IMG/VR virus record: IMGVR_UViG_3300029319_000022
Length of the DNA stretch: 20,000 bases
Origin: an uncultured virus (IMG/VR IMGVR_UViG_3300029319_000022)
Lineage: Duplodnaviria; Heunggongvirae; Uroviricota; Caudoviricetes
Direction: 5' to 3' (one strand)
Positions 1 to 8,564 of the stretch are shown here, piece after piece; the first letter of the stretch is position 1, and each line of letters starts with the position of its first letter. Position numbers and translations under genes: made by a program. Below the pieces are notes generated by a model, which was not told the DNA's origin, made no database searches, and saw only the letters and a list, made by a program, of their open reading frames with translations.

Positions 1-1080
1 CTTTTAGATATTTCTTTAGATTGTATAGATAAAGTTAATTGTAAATTAATATTTATCGTCAGAGACGACCAAATATCTAATTATGGAGTGGATAAACTTT
101 TAAGAGAAAAATATAGCGACTATGATATTGAGATTGTGGTTACAGATGGATTAACAAAAGGATCTGTGTGCAGCTGTTTATTAGCGAACAAGCACATAGA
201 CAATGATATACCTTTATTTATACACACTCTTGATATTGAGTTTAAACCTAATGTAAATCCATCAGAGGTGGTTAAAGGTGACTATGATGGACTAATTTTT
301 ACTTTTAAATCTAACTGTGATAATTATAGTTACGCTTTAAAAACAGCTAACGACGAAGACGGGCTTGTAAAAAAAACAGCGGAGAAAAAAGTTATAAGCG
401 ATGAAGCTTGTGTAGGAATTTATTATTTCAAAAGTGGAAATATTTTTTGTCGAGCCGCTGAGACAATGATAAAAAAAGATTTGAAAACTAAAGGTGAGTT
501 TTACATTTCTCCTCTTTATAATATTTTAATTGATGATGGGTTACGTATTAAAACTAAATTAGTCGAAAAAATGTATGTTTTTGGCACTCCTTCAGAGTTC
601 GTTTTTTATAAAAAAAATGTTACTAAATGTTTTACAGAAAAACCAATAGCTCTGTGTAGCGATCACTCAGGATTTGATTGTAAAAATCAATTTAAAAAAA
701 TACTAGACTATAATAATATTAAATACATTGATTTTGGAACATTTTTACCTGATGATTGTGATTATCAATACTTTATAAAACAAGCGGTTAATTCTAAAAA
801 TGAGGATGTTTGCGATTTTATATTTGGTTTTTGTAGGACAGGCCAAGGAGTTAATATGTGCGCTAATAAATTTTCTGGCGTTAGAGCCGCTTTAATTTAT
901 GATAAATATTCTGCGGAAATGGCTATAAGACATAACTGTGCCAATTTTTTTTCTTTTCCTTCATCCGTATTTGGAACAAACAAAGATTTAATTTCAGAAA
1001 CTTTAAAAATAATACTCAATAATACTTTTGATGGGGGTCGTCATCAATTAAGAGTTCAAGAGATAGAAAATGCAAATTAA
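1..1080 (+). CDS. 5'-truncated fusion: sugar-phosphate nucleotidyltransferase-like (GT-A) domain plus C-terminal ribose-5-phosphate isomerase B (RpiB/LacAB) domain
   Basis: Frame 1 is open from base 1 (LLDISLDCIDKVNCKLIFIVRDDQISNYGV...), so the listed GTG at 88 is internal. NTP-transferase-like motifs: 'YSYA...VKKTAEKKVISDEACVGIYYF', 'GEFYISPLYN', 'FGTP'. From about 646: 'IALCSDHSG', 'DFGT', 'DY', 'CRTGQG...ANK..GVRAA', 'RHNCAN', 'FDGGRH..RV', matching RpiB. Confidence 0.85.
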   Translation, partial: LLDISLDCIDKVNCKLIFIVRDDQISNYGVDKLLREKYSDYDIEIVVTDGLTKGSVCSCLLANKHIDNDIPLFIHTLDIEFKPNVNPSEVVKGDYDGLIFTFKSNCDNYSYALKTANDEDGLVKKTAEKKVISDEACVGIYYFKSGNIFCRAAETMIKKDLKTKGEFYISPLYNILIDDGLRIKTKLVEKMYVFGTPSEFVFYKKNVTKCFTEKPIALCSDHSGFDCKNQFKKILDYNNIKYIDFGTFLPDDCDYQYFIKQAVNSKNEDVCDFIFGFCRTGQGVNMCANKFSGVRAALIYDKYSAEMAIRHNCANFFSFPSSVFGTNKDLISETLKIILNNTFDGGRHQLRVQEIENAN

Positions 1081-1411
1081 TCATATTTCTAATTTTACTA
1101 ACGGTTGGTTTATTGGTGATTTTGAACCATCATTATTTAAAAATCCTTTTTTTGAGGTTGCTCATCAACACCATAAAAAAGGTAAAATAGGTGATAAACA
1201 TTTTCATAAACTTACAACTGAGGTTACGTATATTGTTACTGGTTCAATGAAGATAAATGATCTTGCACTTAATAGAGAGCGATTTTTAGAAGCTGGTAAT
1301 ATGTTTACTTTCTTTCCTAACGAAGTATCTGATGTAGAGTTTTTAGAGGATTCTGATCTCATAGTTTTAAGATATCCATCTATACCAACAGATAAATATC
1401 TAATTGAATGA
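1070..1411 (+). CDS. Small cupin-fold protein
   Basis: 'HFHKLTTEVTYIVTGSMKIN...LEAGNMFTFFPNE' fits the cupin HxH...E...G pattern. Overlaps the upstream stop codon. Confidence 0.7.
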   Translation: MQINHISNFTNGWFIGDFEPSLFKNPFFEVAHQHHKKGKIGDKHFHKLTTEVTYIVTGSMKINDLALNRERFLEAGNMFTFFPNEVSDVEFLEDSDLIVLRYPSIPTDKYLIE

Positions 1412-1827
1412 AAATCATATCCCATAGAGGGAATATCTCTGGCCCAGACTATAAAAACGAAAATCATCCAGATCAAATTTTAAAAGTCTTAAATAAAAAT
1501 ATTGATTGTGAAATAGATGTTTGGAGAATGGACGGAACATTCTACACTGGTCATGATAAACCTAATTATCAGATAGACTGGAAATTTATATGCAAACCTA
1601 ACTTATGGGTCCACGCTAAAAATTTAGAAGCTTTAACGAATCTACCTAACTATGTTAATTTTTTTTGGCATGAATCTGACGCATATACTTTAACATCAAA
1701 CGGTTACATTTGGACTTTTCCTGAACAACAGACATGCAAAAAAAGTATTATTGTCGATAAAAATAGAAATTGGAGAGACAAAAATTATAATTGCTTTGGA
1801 ATTTGCACAGATTATATTTTAAATTAA
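1408..1827 (+). CDS. Short glycerophosphodiester phosphodiesterase (GDPD/PLC-like) protein
   Basis: N-terminal 'IISHRG', 'EN', 'EIDV', 'GHD' and terminal 'GICTDY' are GDPD-family hallmarks. ATGA overlap. Confidence 0.75.
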   Translation: MKIISHRGNISGPDYKNENHPDQILKVLNKNIDCEIDVWRMDGTFYTGHDKPNYQIDWKFICKPNLWVHAKNLEALTNLPNYVNFFWHESDAYTLTSNGYIWTFPEQQTCKKSIIVDKNRNWRDKNYNCFGICTDYILN

Positions 1828-1833
1828 AAAAAA

Positions 1834-2856
1834 ATGGATAAAACAGCATTAATTTTAGGAGGTGGAGGCTTTATTGGTGGGCATCTGGCTAGGAAACTTA
1901 AAAATGAAGGATACTGGGTAAGAGCAGTGGATATTAAGCATCATGAGTACTTTGATTGGTCGGAGATATGTGATGAATTTATTCGGGCTGATTTGACAGA
2001 TGCAAAAATAATGTCTGAAGTTGTAGAACTTGGCCCAAATCATTCTTTTGATGAAGTTTATCAATTAGCCGCAGATATGGGCGGGGCAGGTTATATATTT
2101 ACAGGGGAGAACGACGCTAACGTGATGCATAATTCTGCGTTGATTAATTTACATTTAGCTAAAGAGGCGGTCAAACAAAAAGTTGGCAAAATATTTTATT
2201 CATCTTCAGCATGCATGTATCCAGAGCATAATCAGCTTGATCCTGATAATCCTAATTGCGAAGAGTCTTCAGCGTACCCTGCAAATCCAGATTCTGAATA
2301 TGGCTGGGAAAAACTTTTTAGTGAGAGATTATATTTAGCATTTCAAAGAAATTATGACCTTAAAATTAGAATAGGCAGATTTCATAATATTTTTGGCCCT
2401 CAAGGAACTTGGACAGGCGGCAAAGAAAAAGCTCCAGCTGCGATGTGTCGTAAAGTAGCAGAATGTGAAGACGGGGGAGAAATTGAGGTATGGGGAGATG
2501 GAAAACAAACTCGTTCTTTTTTATATATTGATGAGTGTTTAAAAGCTATTGAAAAGTTTATGGCTCAAGATCATTTTTCTGGCCCAGTTAACATTGGCTC
2601 AGAGGAAATGGTTACTATTAATGAATTAGCAGAGCTAGCTATTAAATCATCAGGCAAAAACATATCTATTAAAAATCTTTTTGGTGAAGAGTTTGAGCAA
2701 AAGTATGGTCATAAATGCCCATTAGGAGTGAAGGGTAGAAACTCTGACAACACACTTTTCAAAGATCAAATTGGCTGGGAATCACAAAAACCATTACTAG
2801 AGGGAGTGTCTTCAACATATAAATGGGTAGAAGAAAAAGTTAATGAAAAAAGATAA
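1834..2856 (+). CDS. NAD-dependent epimerase, GDP-mannose 3,5-epimerase-like extended SDR
   Basis: GGGGFIG Rossmann motif, 'LAADMGG', 'SSSACMYP', 'YGWEK' (YxxxK), 'RFHNIFGP.GTW.GG.EKAPAAMCRK'; closely follows the GME family pattern including the catalytic Cys and Lys. Confidence 0.88.
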   Translation: MDKTALILGGGGFIGGHLARKLKNEGYWVRAVDIKHHEYFDWSEICDEFIRADLTDAKIMSEVVELGPNHSFDEVYQLAADMGGAGYIFTGENDANVMHNSALINLHLAKEAVKQKVGKIFYSSSACMYPEHNQLDPDNPNCEESSAYPANPDSEYGWEKLFSERLYLAFQRNYDLKIRIGRFHNIFGPQGTWTGGKEKAPAAMCRKVAECEDGGEIEVWGDGKQTRSFLYIDECLKAIEKFMAQDHFSGPVNIGSEEMVTINELAELAIKSSGKNISIKNLFGEEFEQKYGHKCPLGVKGRNSDNTLFKDQIGWESQKPLLEGVSSTYKWVEEKVNEKR

Positions 2857-3922
2857 TATTGTAATTATTATCACTGGGGTTACTGGGCAAGACGGTAGTC
2901 TCATGACAGATTACTTACTCAAAAATACAAAGCACACAATTATTGGGGGCGCTAGACGGCTAAGTGTTAAAAATCACGATAATATTTCACATTTGCTTGA
3001 TCATCCAAGATTTTTTCTTATTGACTTAGATGTCACTGACCCTCAAAACATAGATAAAGTAATAGCTGAGCATAAACCTCATTACTTTATAAATTTTGCA
3101 GCAAATTCTTTTGTTGGGAATAGCTGGACACAGCCAGTAAATCACATGGTGACAAACTGTATGTCTGTTTTACATCAATTAGAAGCCATAAAAAGGCACT
3201 GCCCACAATGTAGATACTACAATGCTGGATCGTCTGAGGAATTTGGCGATGTCATAACACAACCACAAAATGAAGAACATCCACTCAGACCAAGAAGTCC
3301 TTATGGCGCTTCAAAATGTTCCGCTAGGCACTTAGTAAAAGTATATCGAGACTCTTATGGGTTATATGCAATTCAAGGTTGGCTTTTTAATCATGAAGGT
3401 GTACGTAGAGGTTCAGAATTTGTCACTAGAAAGATTACTCAAAATGTTGCACGTATTAGCAATGAATACGTTAATAAAAAAAATTTTGAACCTTTGAAAC
3501 TTGGAAATGTAGAGTCTAGAAGAGATTGGAGCGATACTGAAGATTTTATGGATGGTGTATGGAGAATGTTAAATCAAGAACAATATTCAACTAAAACTTC
3601 TAAAAAAACTCCTGACGATTATGTTTTATCTTCAGATGAAACACATAGCATAAAAGAATTTGTTGAGGAGGCGTTTCATATAGCTGGATTTCACAGATCA
3701 ATGTGTAGATGGGAGGGATTTGAGGAAAACACTAAGTATTTTCATGGTGATGATTTATTAATGGAGGTTGATCCAAAGTTTTACAGACCAGCAGAAGTTG
3801 ACTTACTGCTTGGTGATTCAACCAGAGCTAGAAATGAGCTTGGCTGGGAGCCTAAAAGCACTTTTGTAGACTTAGTAAGAAAAATGGTTGACAATGATTT
3901 AAAAATTGTAAATTCTTATTAG
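2843..3922 (+). CDS. gmd: GDP-mannose 4,6-dehydratase
   Basis: 'ITGVTGQDGS', 'SSEEFG', 'PRSPYGASK', 'LFNHE..RRG..FVTRKIT', 'LGN....RDW', 'YRPAEVDLLLGD...AR.ELGWEP'. Confidence 0.95.
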   Translation: MKKDNIVIIITGVTGQDGSLMTDYLLKNTKHTIIGGARRLSVKNHDNISHLLDHPRFFLIDLDVTDPQNIDKVIAEHKPHYFINFAANSFVGNSWTQPVNHMVTNCMSVLHQLEAIKRHCPQCRYYNAGSSEEFGDVITQPQNEEHPLRPRSPYGASKCSARHLVKVYRDSYGLYAIQGWLFNHEGVRRGSEFVTRKITQNVARISNEYVNKKNFEPLKLGNVESRRDWSDTEDFMDGVWRMLNQEQYSTKTSKKTPDDYVLSSDETHSIKEFVEEAFHIAGFHRSMCRWEGFEENTKYFHGDDLLMEVDPKFYRPAEVDLLLGDSTRARNELGWEPKSTFVDLVRKMVDNDLKIVNSY

Positions 3923-4269
3923 TGGCTAAGAAACTAAAGCTTAATAAAAGACAAATTTTAGAAAAGCTTTTAATCATCCCAGAAAAGGGTCGTAGACCTT
4001 TTTTTTCTCGCGAGATGAAGCTTTTGAACGATTTATGTTCTAAGTACTCACAAGAATTTATGAGTATTGTTTCTTTTCCAAAAAAGTTTGATTCATTAAC
4101 TTACTTGATTAGCCCAAAGCTGACAGATAAATTAGATGAAAAGTTTAGAGCATTTAATTTTAAAGTAGACTTTTCAAAATACCCACGGTATAATATCGGC
4201 GATAAGTTTGGCAAGGATGCCAAAATCAAACCTAATAAAAAAACAATTAGAGATTTTTTAAATGAGTGA
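3922..4269 (+). CDS. Hypothetical basic protein
   Basis: 115-aa ORF exactly filling the gap; GTG start overlaps the gmd stop (TAGTG) and its stop overlaps the recA-like start. No family recognised. Confidence 0.65.
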   Translation: MAKKLKLNKRQILEKLLIIPEKGRRPFFSREMKLLNDLCSKYSQEFMSIVSFPKKFDSLTYLISPKLTDKLDEKFRAFNFKVDFSKYPRYNIGDKFGKDAKIKPNKKTIRDFLNE

Positions 4270-5371
4270 CGGACCAGACCCAAATGAACTTCTTGGCAAT
4301 TTTTTGAAATCAAACAAAAGCGATCATTATAACTTTGAAAAAGAGTGCGATTACAAAGTCTCTAGTGGATCTTTGCAGTTTGACCTTTGTATGAATGGAG
4401 GCTTTGGACCTGGATTACATCGCTTTACTGGGCTGACTGAGGGAGGTAAAACCTCTGAAGCCTTGGAAGTAATGAAGAATTTCTTAAACACTGTAGAGAA
4501 GCCAAGAGGTTTGTACATCAAAGCTGAAGGTAGACTCGCTCCAGAAATAAGAGAAAGATCAGGTGTAAAGTTTGTTTGGTCAGCCGATGAATGGGAGGAT
4601 GGTACTTGTTTTGTGCTAGAAACGAATATATATGAAACAGCTATGACTTGCATCAAGCAACTTATAGATAATGTAAAAAACCCACAAAAATATTGTTTTA
4701 TATTAGATTCTGTTGATGGATTAACAGCGAAAAATGACGCATCTAAAGGTTTTGAAGAGTTTGCTAAAATAGCCTCTGGAGCGTCTATTGCAGCTAGGTG
4801 GTGTGCTCAAACTAGTATAGCTTTAGGCAAGAGAGGTCACATGGCTATTTTTATTAGTCAGGTAAGATCAGAAATGAGAGATCAATATTCTAAAGAGCCG
4901 CCTAGACAATCTGTAGCTACAGGTGGATATGCTTTACAGCATTATGCTAATACTTGCATACAGTTTCAACCTAGGTATAAAGCCGACTTGATTCTTCAGA
5001 ACCCAAGTTTAAAAACTATTGATGAGAAAAAAAACCCAATCATTGGCCATTTTGCAAAGGTTTTAATAGCTAAATCCCCTAATGAAAAATCAAATGTCAC
5101 TTTAACTTATCCTGTTAGGTACAATAGATCTGGTGGCAACTCTATATGGATTGAAAAAGAGGTAGTTGATTTACTTTATGCTTGGGACTTTGTAGAAAAA
5201 AAAGGATCTTGGATCAAACCTACAGATGATTTCAAAGATTTATTAAATGATAATAAATTAGAGTTTCCTGAGCAAGTTCAAGGAGATAACAATTTATTTA
5301 AAATCCTTGATGAAGATCAAAAACTTTGCAAATTTTTAATTGATTACTTCAAACAGCAAATAACCTCATGA
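4262..5371 (+). CDS. recA: Divergent RecA/UvsX-like recombinase
   Basis: 'VSSGSLQFDL.MNGG', Walker A 'GLTEGGKTS', 'YIKAEG', Walker B 'FILDSV', 'IFISQVR', 'ATGGYALQHYA', 'VEKKGSW'. Confidence 0.88.
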   Translation: MSDGPDPNELLGNFLKSNKSDHYNFEKECDYKVSSGSLQFDLCMNGGFGPGLHRFTGLTEGGKTSEALEVMKNFLNTVEKPRGLYIKAEGRLAPEIRERSGVKFVWSADEWEDGTCFVLETNIYETAMTCIKQLIDNVKNPQKYCFILDSVDGLTAKNDASKGFEEFAKIASGASIAARWCAQTSIALGKRGHMAIFISQVRSEMRDQYSKEPPRQSVATGGYALQHYANTCIQFQPRYKADLILQNPSLKTIDEKKNPIIGHFAKVLIAKSPNEKSNVTLTYPVRYNRSGGNSIWIEKEVVDLLYAWDFVEKKGSWIKPTDDFKDLLNDNKLEFPEQVQGDNNLFKILDEDQKLCKFLIDYFKQQITS

Positions 5372-5775
5372 AGTTTGTTGATCAATATGGTAAACAAAGA
5401 AATCTTAAAAACGCAAAAAAATATTTAATAGATTGGCATAAACCTAGTCGTAGCAAATTTCAAACAAAGGTTAAGAAATTTCTTTTTGAATATTGGCAGA
5501 ACGATATTGTTTTTGAGGAGTTCAGAGTTGTAGGGACTAGATTAACTTTAGATTTTTATAACGCCAATAAAAAAATTGCTGTTGAAGTTCAAGGGGCGCA
5601 ACATACAAAGTATGTAAAATTCTTCCATAAAAATCACTTTAAATATTCTGATCAGTTAAAAAGAGATGAAAAGAAACTTGATTTCTGTCAAGCAAATGGC
5701 ATAAAGTTAGCAGAGGTTTATCCTCAAGATGAGATACAGGCATCATTATTTAAGAATCAAGATATATACCTATGA
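5368..5775 (+). CDS. Vsr/DUF559-like PD-(D/E)XK endonuclease
   Basis: 'LDFY....KIAVEVQGAQH' and 'RDEKKLDFCQANGIKLAEV' fit the DUF559/very-short-patch nuclease pattern. Confidence 0.75.
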   Translation: MKFVDQYGKQRNLKNAKKYLIDWHKPSRSKFQTKVKKFLFEYWQNDIVFEEFRVVGTRLTLDFYNANKKIAVEVQGAQHTKYVKFFHKNHFKYSDQLKRDEKKLDFCQANGIKLAEVYPQDEIQASLFKNQDIYL

Positions 5776-6017
5776 ACATTGAAGATGAGGAAAGTGATTT
5801 CCATATACCAAGCGAGATGGTTGATAAGCTATATGAGCTTTCAGGTGGCGCAGATAAATATAAAGGAATTATAATGGCTGTTTCATCTGAAAATGGTAAA
5901 CCTTTGATTTACAGAAAGTTTGATTGTGCAATGACTGAGCTTGCGTTAAGTAAATGCTTGCAAGACTTTCTTGATAGCTCTACTGTAGAAAAGCGATCTC
6001 AAGATGACGAAGAATGA
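5772..6017 (+). CDS. Small acidic hypothetical protein
   Basis: 81-aa ORF with ATGA overlaps at both ends. No family recognised. Confidence 0.65.
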   Translation: MNIEDEESDFHIPSEMVDKLYELSGGADKYKGIIMAVSSENGKPLIYRKFDCAMTELALSKCLQDFLDSSTVEKRSQDDEE

Positions 6018-7534
6018 TATACTCTTACGAATTAGAAAAACAGCTTTTAGCAGGTTTGTTAAAAGAGCCTCAAGCTTTAACAGAAATATGCAACTTCATA
6101 AGTGTTTCTGATTTTTACTCTGAGCAGTCATCTTTAAATAGCACTATATTTAGAATTATAGAGCAAGCTGTAAATGCTGGTGAGGATGTCGATGAGATTA
6201 TTATAGCTCAAAGAGTTAATGAGGTAGGTATATCATTTGAGGATAATCTAAATCCATCAGACTATATAAAATCTTTATGCCTGAGAAAAGTTCCGTCTGG
6301 CAACACAATAAAAACCGCTAAAGAACTTAAAAAGTATTCAATTAGGCGCGAAATCCTTAAATCATCAAACACTATAGCTAAAAAGATGAAAGGCATGTCT
6401 CCTGAGACATCTTATGCCGATATTATCGAAGCCGCAGATAAAATTTACAATTCAAAAATAAATTTATATGAGATTGGCAATGACATTCCTGTTAACATAT
6501 ATGATGACATGGAAAGTATTATTGAGCATAGAGGCAACAATCCTGTCACTGAGTTCGGTATGTTTGGCCCTCATGACAAAATCAATAGTATATATGGATC
6601 TTTATTAAGACCTGGAAATATAACTGTTGTTGTCGCTAGATCTGGGGTTGGTAAAACTCAGTTTTGTATGGATTATTGCACTAAAGTTAGTCTAAAATAT
6701 AATGTTCCTGTTTTGCATTTTGATAACGGAGAGATGAGCAAAGAGGAGCTTATTATGAGACAGTGCTCTGCTCTCTCAAACATACCCATGCATTTATTAG
6801 AGAGTGGTAAGTGGAGACAGGCGGGTAAAACAGTTGTAGATAAAGTTAGATCAGTTTGGGCTAAAGTAAAAGATTTAAAATTTTACTATTATAATGTGGG
6901 GGGTATGGATGTAGACTCAATGATAAATACTTTAAAAAGATTTTATTACTCTAAAGTCGGCAGAGGCAATCAGATGATTTTTTCTTTTGATTATATTAAA
7001 ACAACCTCTGAATCCATGATGAATAAATCTGAGTGGCAAATTGTTGGAGAGATGGTTGATAAATTTAAAAAATGTGTTCAGAAAGAAATTTTGTATGATG
7101 GCGAGCCGATTATTCCTATGATTACCTCAGTTCAATCAAATAGGTATGGCATAACGAATAACCGAAATTCAGATACAATAGTAGACGATGAATCAGTTGT
7201 TTCATTATCTGACAGGATCACACAGTTCTGTTCTCATATGTTTATATTAAGAAATAAAACTGCTGATGAAATAGAGAGGGAGGGTGCGTCTTTTGGCACA
7301 CATAAGCTTATAAATGTAAAATCTAGACATTTAGGAAACGATATAGCTGGCGCTATAGAACCTGTTAGAGTTGGAGATACCTTGAGAAAAAATTCAATTA
7401 ATTTAGATTTTAATAATTTTAATATTACTGAGAGGGGCGATTTGAGAGATATAGCTCGTGTATTAAATGGTGACATTGAGTTAAATACAGATGGACAGCA
7501 ACAAGAAATACCAGACTTCGATCAGCTCGGATGA
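6014..7534 (+). CDS. dnaB: Replicative DNA helicase, DnaB family (divergent)
   Basis: N-terminal 'ELEKQLLAGLL...DFY' domain, Walker A 'ARSGVGKT', 'GEMS.EEL..R', Walker B 'FDYI', 'Q.NR', 'VKSRH'. Confidence 0.9.
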   Translation: MIYSYELEKQLLAGLLKEPQALTEICNFISVSDFYSEQSSLNSTIFRIIEQAVNAGEDVDEIIIAQRVNEVGISFEDNLNPSDYIKSLCLRKVPSGNTIKTAKELKKYSIRREILKSSNTIAKKMKGMSPETSYADIIEAADKIYNSKINLYEIGNDIPVNIYDDMESIIEHRGNNPVTEFGMFGPHDKINSIYGSLLRPGNITVVVARSGVGKTQFCMDYCTKVSLKYNVPVLHFDNGEMSKEELIMRQCSALSNIPMHLLESGKWRQAGKTVVDKVRSVWAKVKDLKFYYYNVGGMDVDSMINTLKRFYYSKVGRGNQMIFSFDYIKTTSESMMNKSEWQIVGEMVDKFKKCVQKEILYDGEPIIPMITSVQSNRYGITNNRNSDTIVDDESVVSLSDRITQFCSHMFILRNKTADEIEREGASFGTHKLINVKSRHLGNDIAGAIEPVRVGDTLRKNSINLDFNNFNITERGDLRDIARVLNGDIELNTDGQQQEIPDFDQLG

Positions 7535-8564
7535 TTTTCAACAAACCTTAGAGTCTTTAGGTTACAATCTTATAGATTGTGGAGATCACTGGAGAACTCA
7601 AGCTTTGTATAGAAATGGCGATAACAAAACAGCTGTAAAAATATATAAAAATACAGGCGTTTGGATGGATTTTGTTCAAAACAAAGGCTCTCAACCCTTT
7701 GAATCACTTGTTAGGGCTACCGCATCATTAAAAAACGAGGATTATAGTTCAATTATTTCAAAAATTAAGTCTGGCACTGTAGAACAATATGTAAAAAAGC
7801 AGACTATTGAAATGGAAAAAGTTTACCCTGCAAAATCTCTAGACAAATTATTTCCTAATTATAAATTTTATAATGATAGGAACATATCTGAGGAGACCCA
7901 ACAGCTTTTTGATGTTGGTTTAGCTGGCGTAGGAAAAATGTATCGAAGGATGGTTTTTCCGATATATAATGAGCATGAACAAATTATAGGATTTTCTGGT
8001 AGAAAAGTTGATGATAACAATAATTATCCAAAATGGAAGCATATAGGCAGAAGAAACAACTGGGTTTATCCTGCATTTAATGTAAAAACAGGTGTTAACC
8101 AAGCCATAGAACAAAATAAAACAGTAATACTAGTAGAAAGTATAGGAGATGCCCTTGCCCTTTATGAACAAAATATTAAGAACGTGCTTGTCATATTTGG
8201 CTTATGCGTTAACAACAATATTATTAATTTTCTTAGCAGTAAGTGTGTCAACAATATCTATATTTGTACTAATAATGATGACCATAGTTCGCAAAATAGA
8301 GGACATATTGCAGCTGTTAAAAATTATTTAAAATTATCGAAATACTTCGATTTACAAAATTTAAGTATAAAAATGCCGCCAAAACCTTATAATGATTTTG
8401 GTGATGCTAATTTAGACGATTTTGAACTTAAAAATTGGTACTATGATAGCGTAGACCAACCTAAACAATTTCAAAAAATCTTAGAATTTATAGATAAGAA
8501 CAATTCATGCTTCACTAAGAATGAAATAAAAACTTCGTTAGTGTTAAGCAATGAACATTCCTGA
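7491..8564 (+). CDS. dnaG: DNA primase, DnaG-like with TOPRIM domain
   Basis: 'RRMVFPIYN...IIGFSGR', 'PKWKH', TOPRIM 'VILVESIGDALAL', 'NNDD', 'NDFGD'. Directly follows dnaB. Confidence 0.85.
   Translation: MDSNKKYQTSISSDDFQQTLESLGYNLIDCGDHWRTQALYRNGDNKTAVKIYKNTGVWMDFVQNKGSQPFESLVRATASLKNEDYSSIISKIKSGTVEQYVKKQTIEMEKVYPAKSLDKLFPNYKFYNDRNISEETQQLFDVGLAGVGKMYRRMVFPIYNEHEQIIGFSGRKVDDNNNYPKWKHIGRRNNWVYPAFNVKTGVNQAIEQNKTVILVESIGDALALYEQNIKNVLVIFGLCVNNNIINFLSSKCVNNIYICTNNDDHSSQNRGHIAAVKNYLKLSKYFDLQNLSIKMPPKPYNDFGDANLDDFELKNWYYDSVDQPKQFQKILEFIDKNNSCFTKNEIKTSLVLSNEHS

Noticed and set aside
88..90. GTG at 88 as the start of the first gene
   Set aside because: The frame is open to base 1 and the transferase N-terminal motif is missing, so the gene starts upstream of the window.
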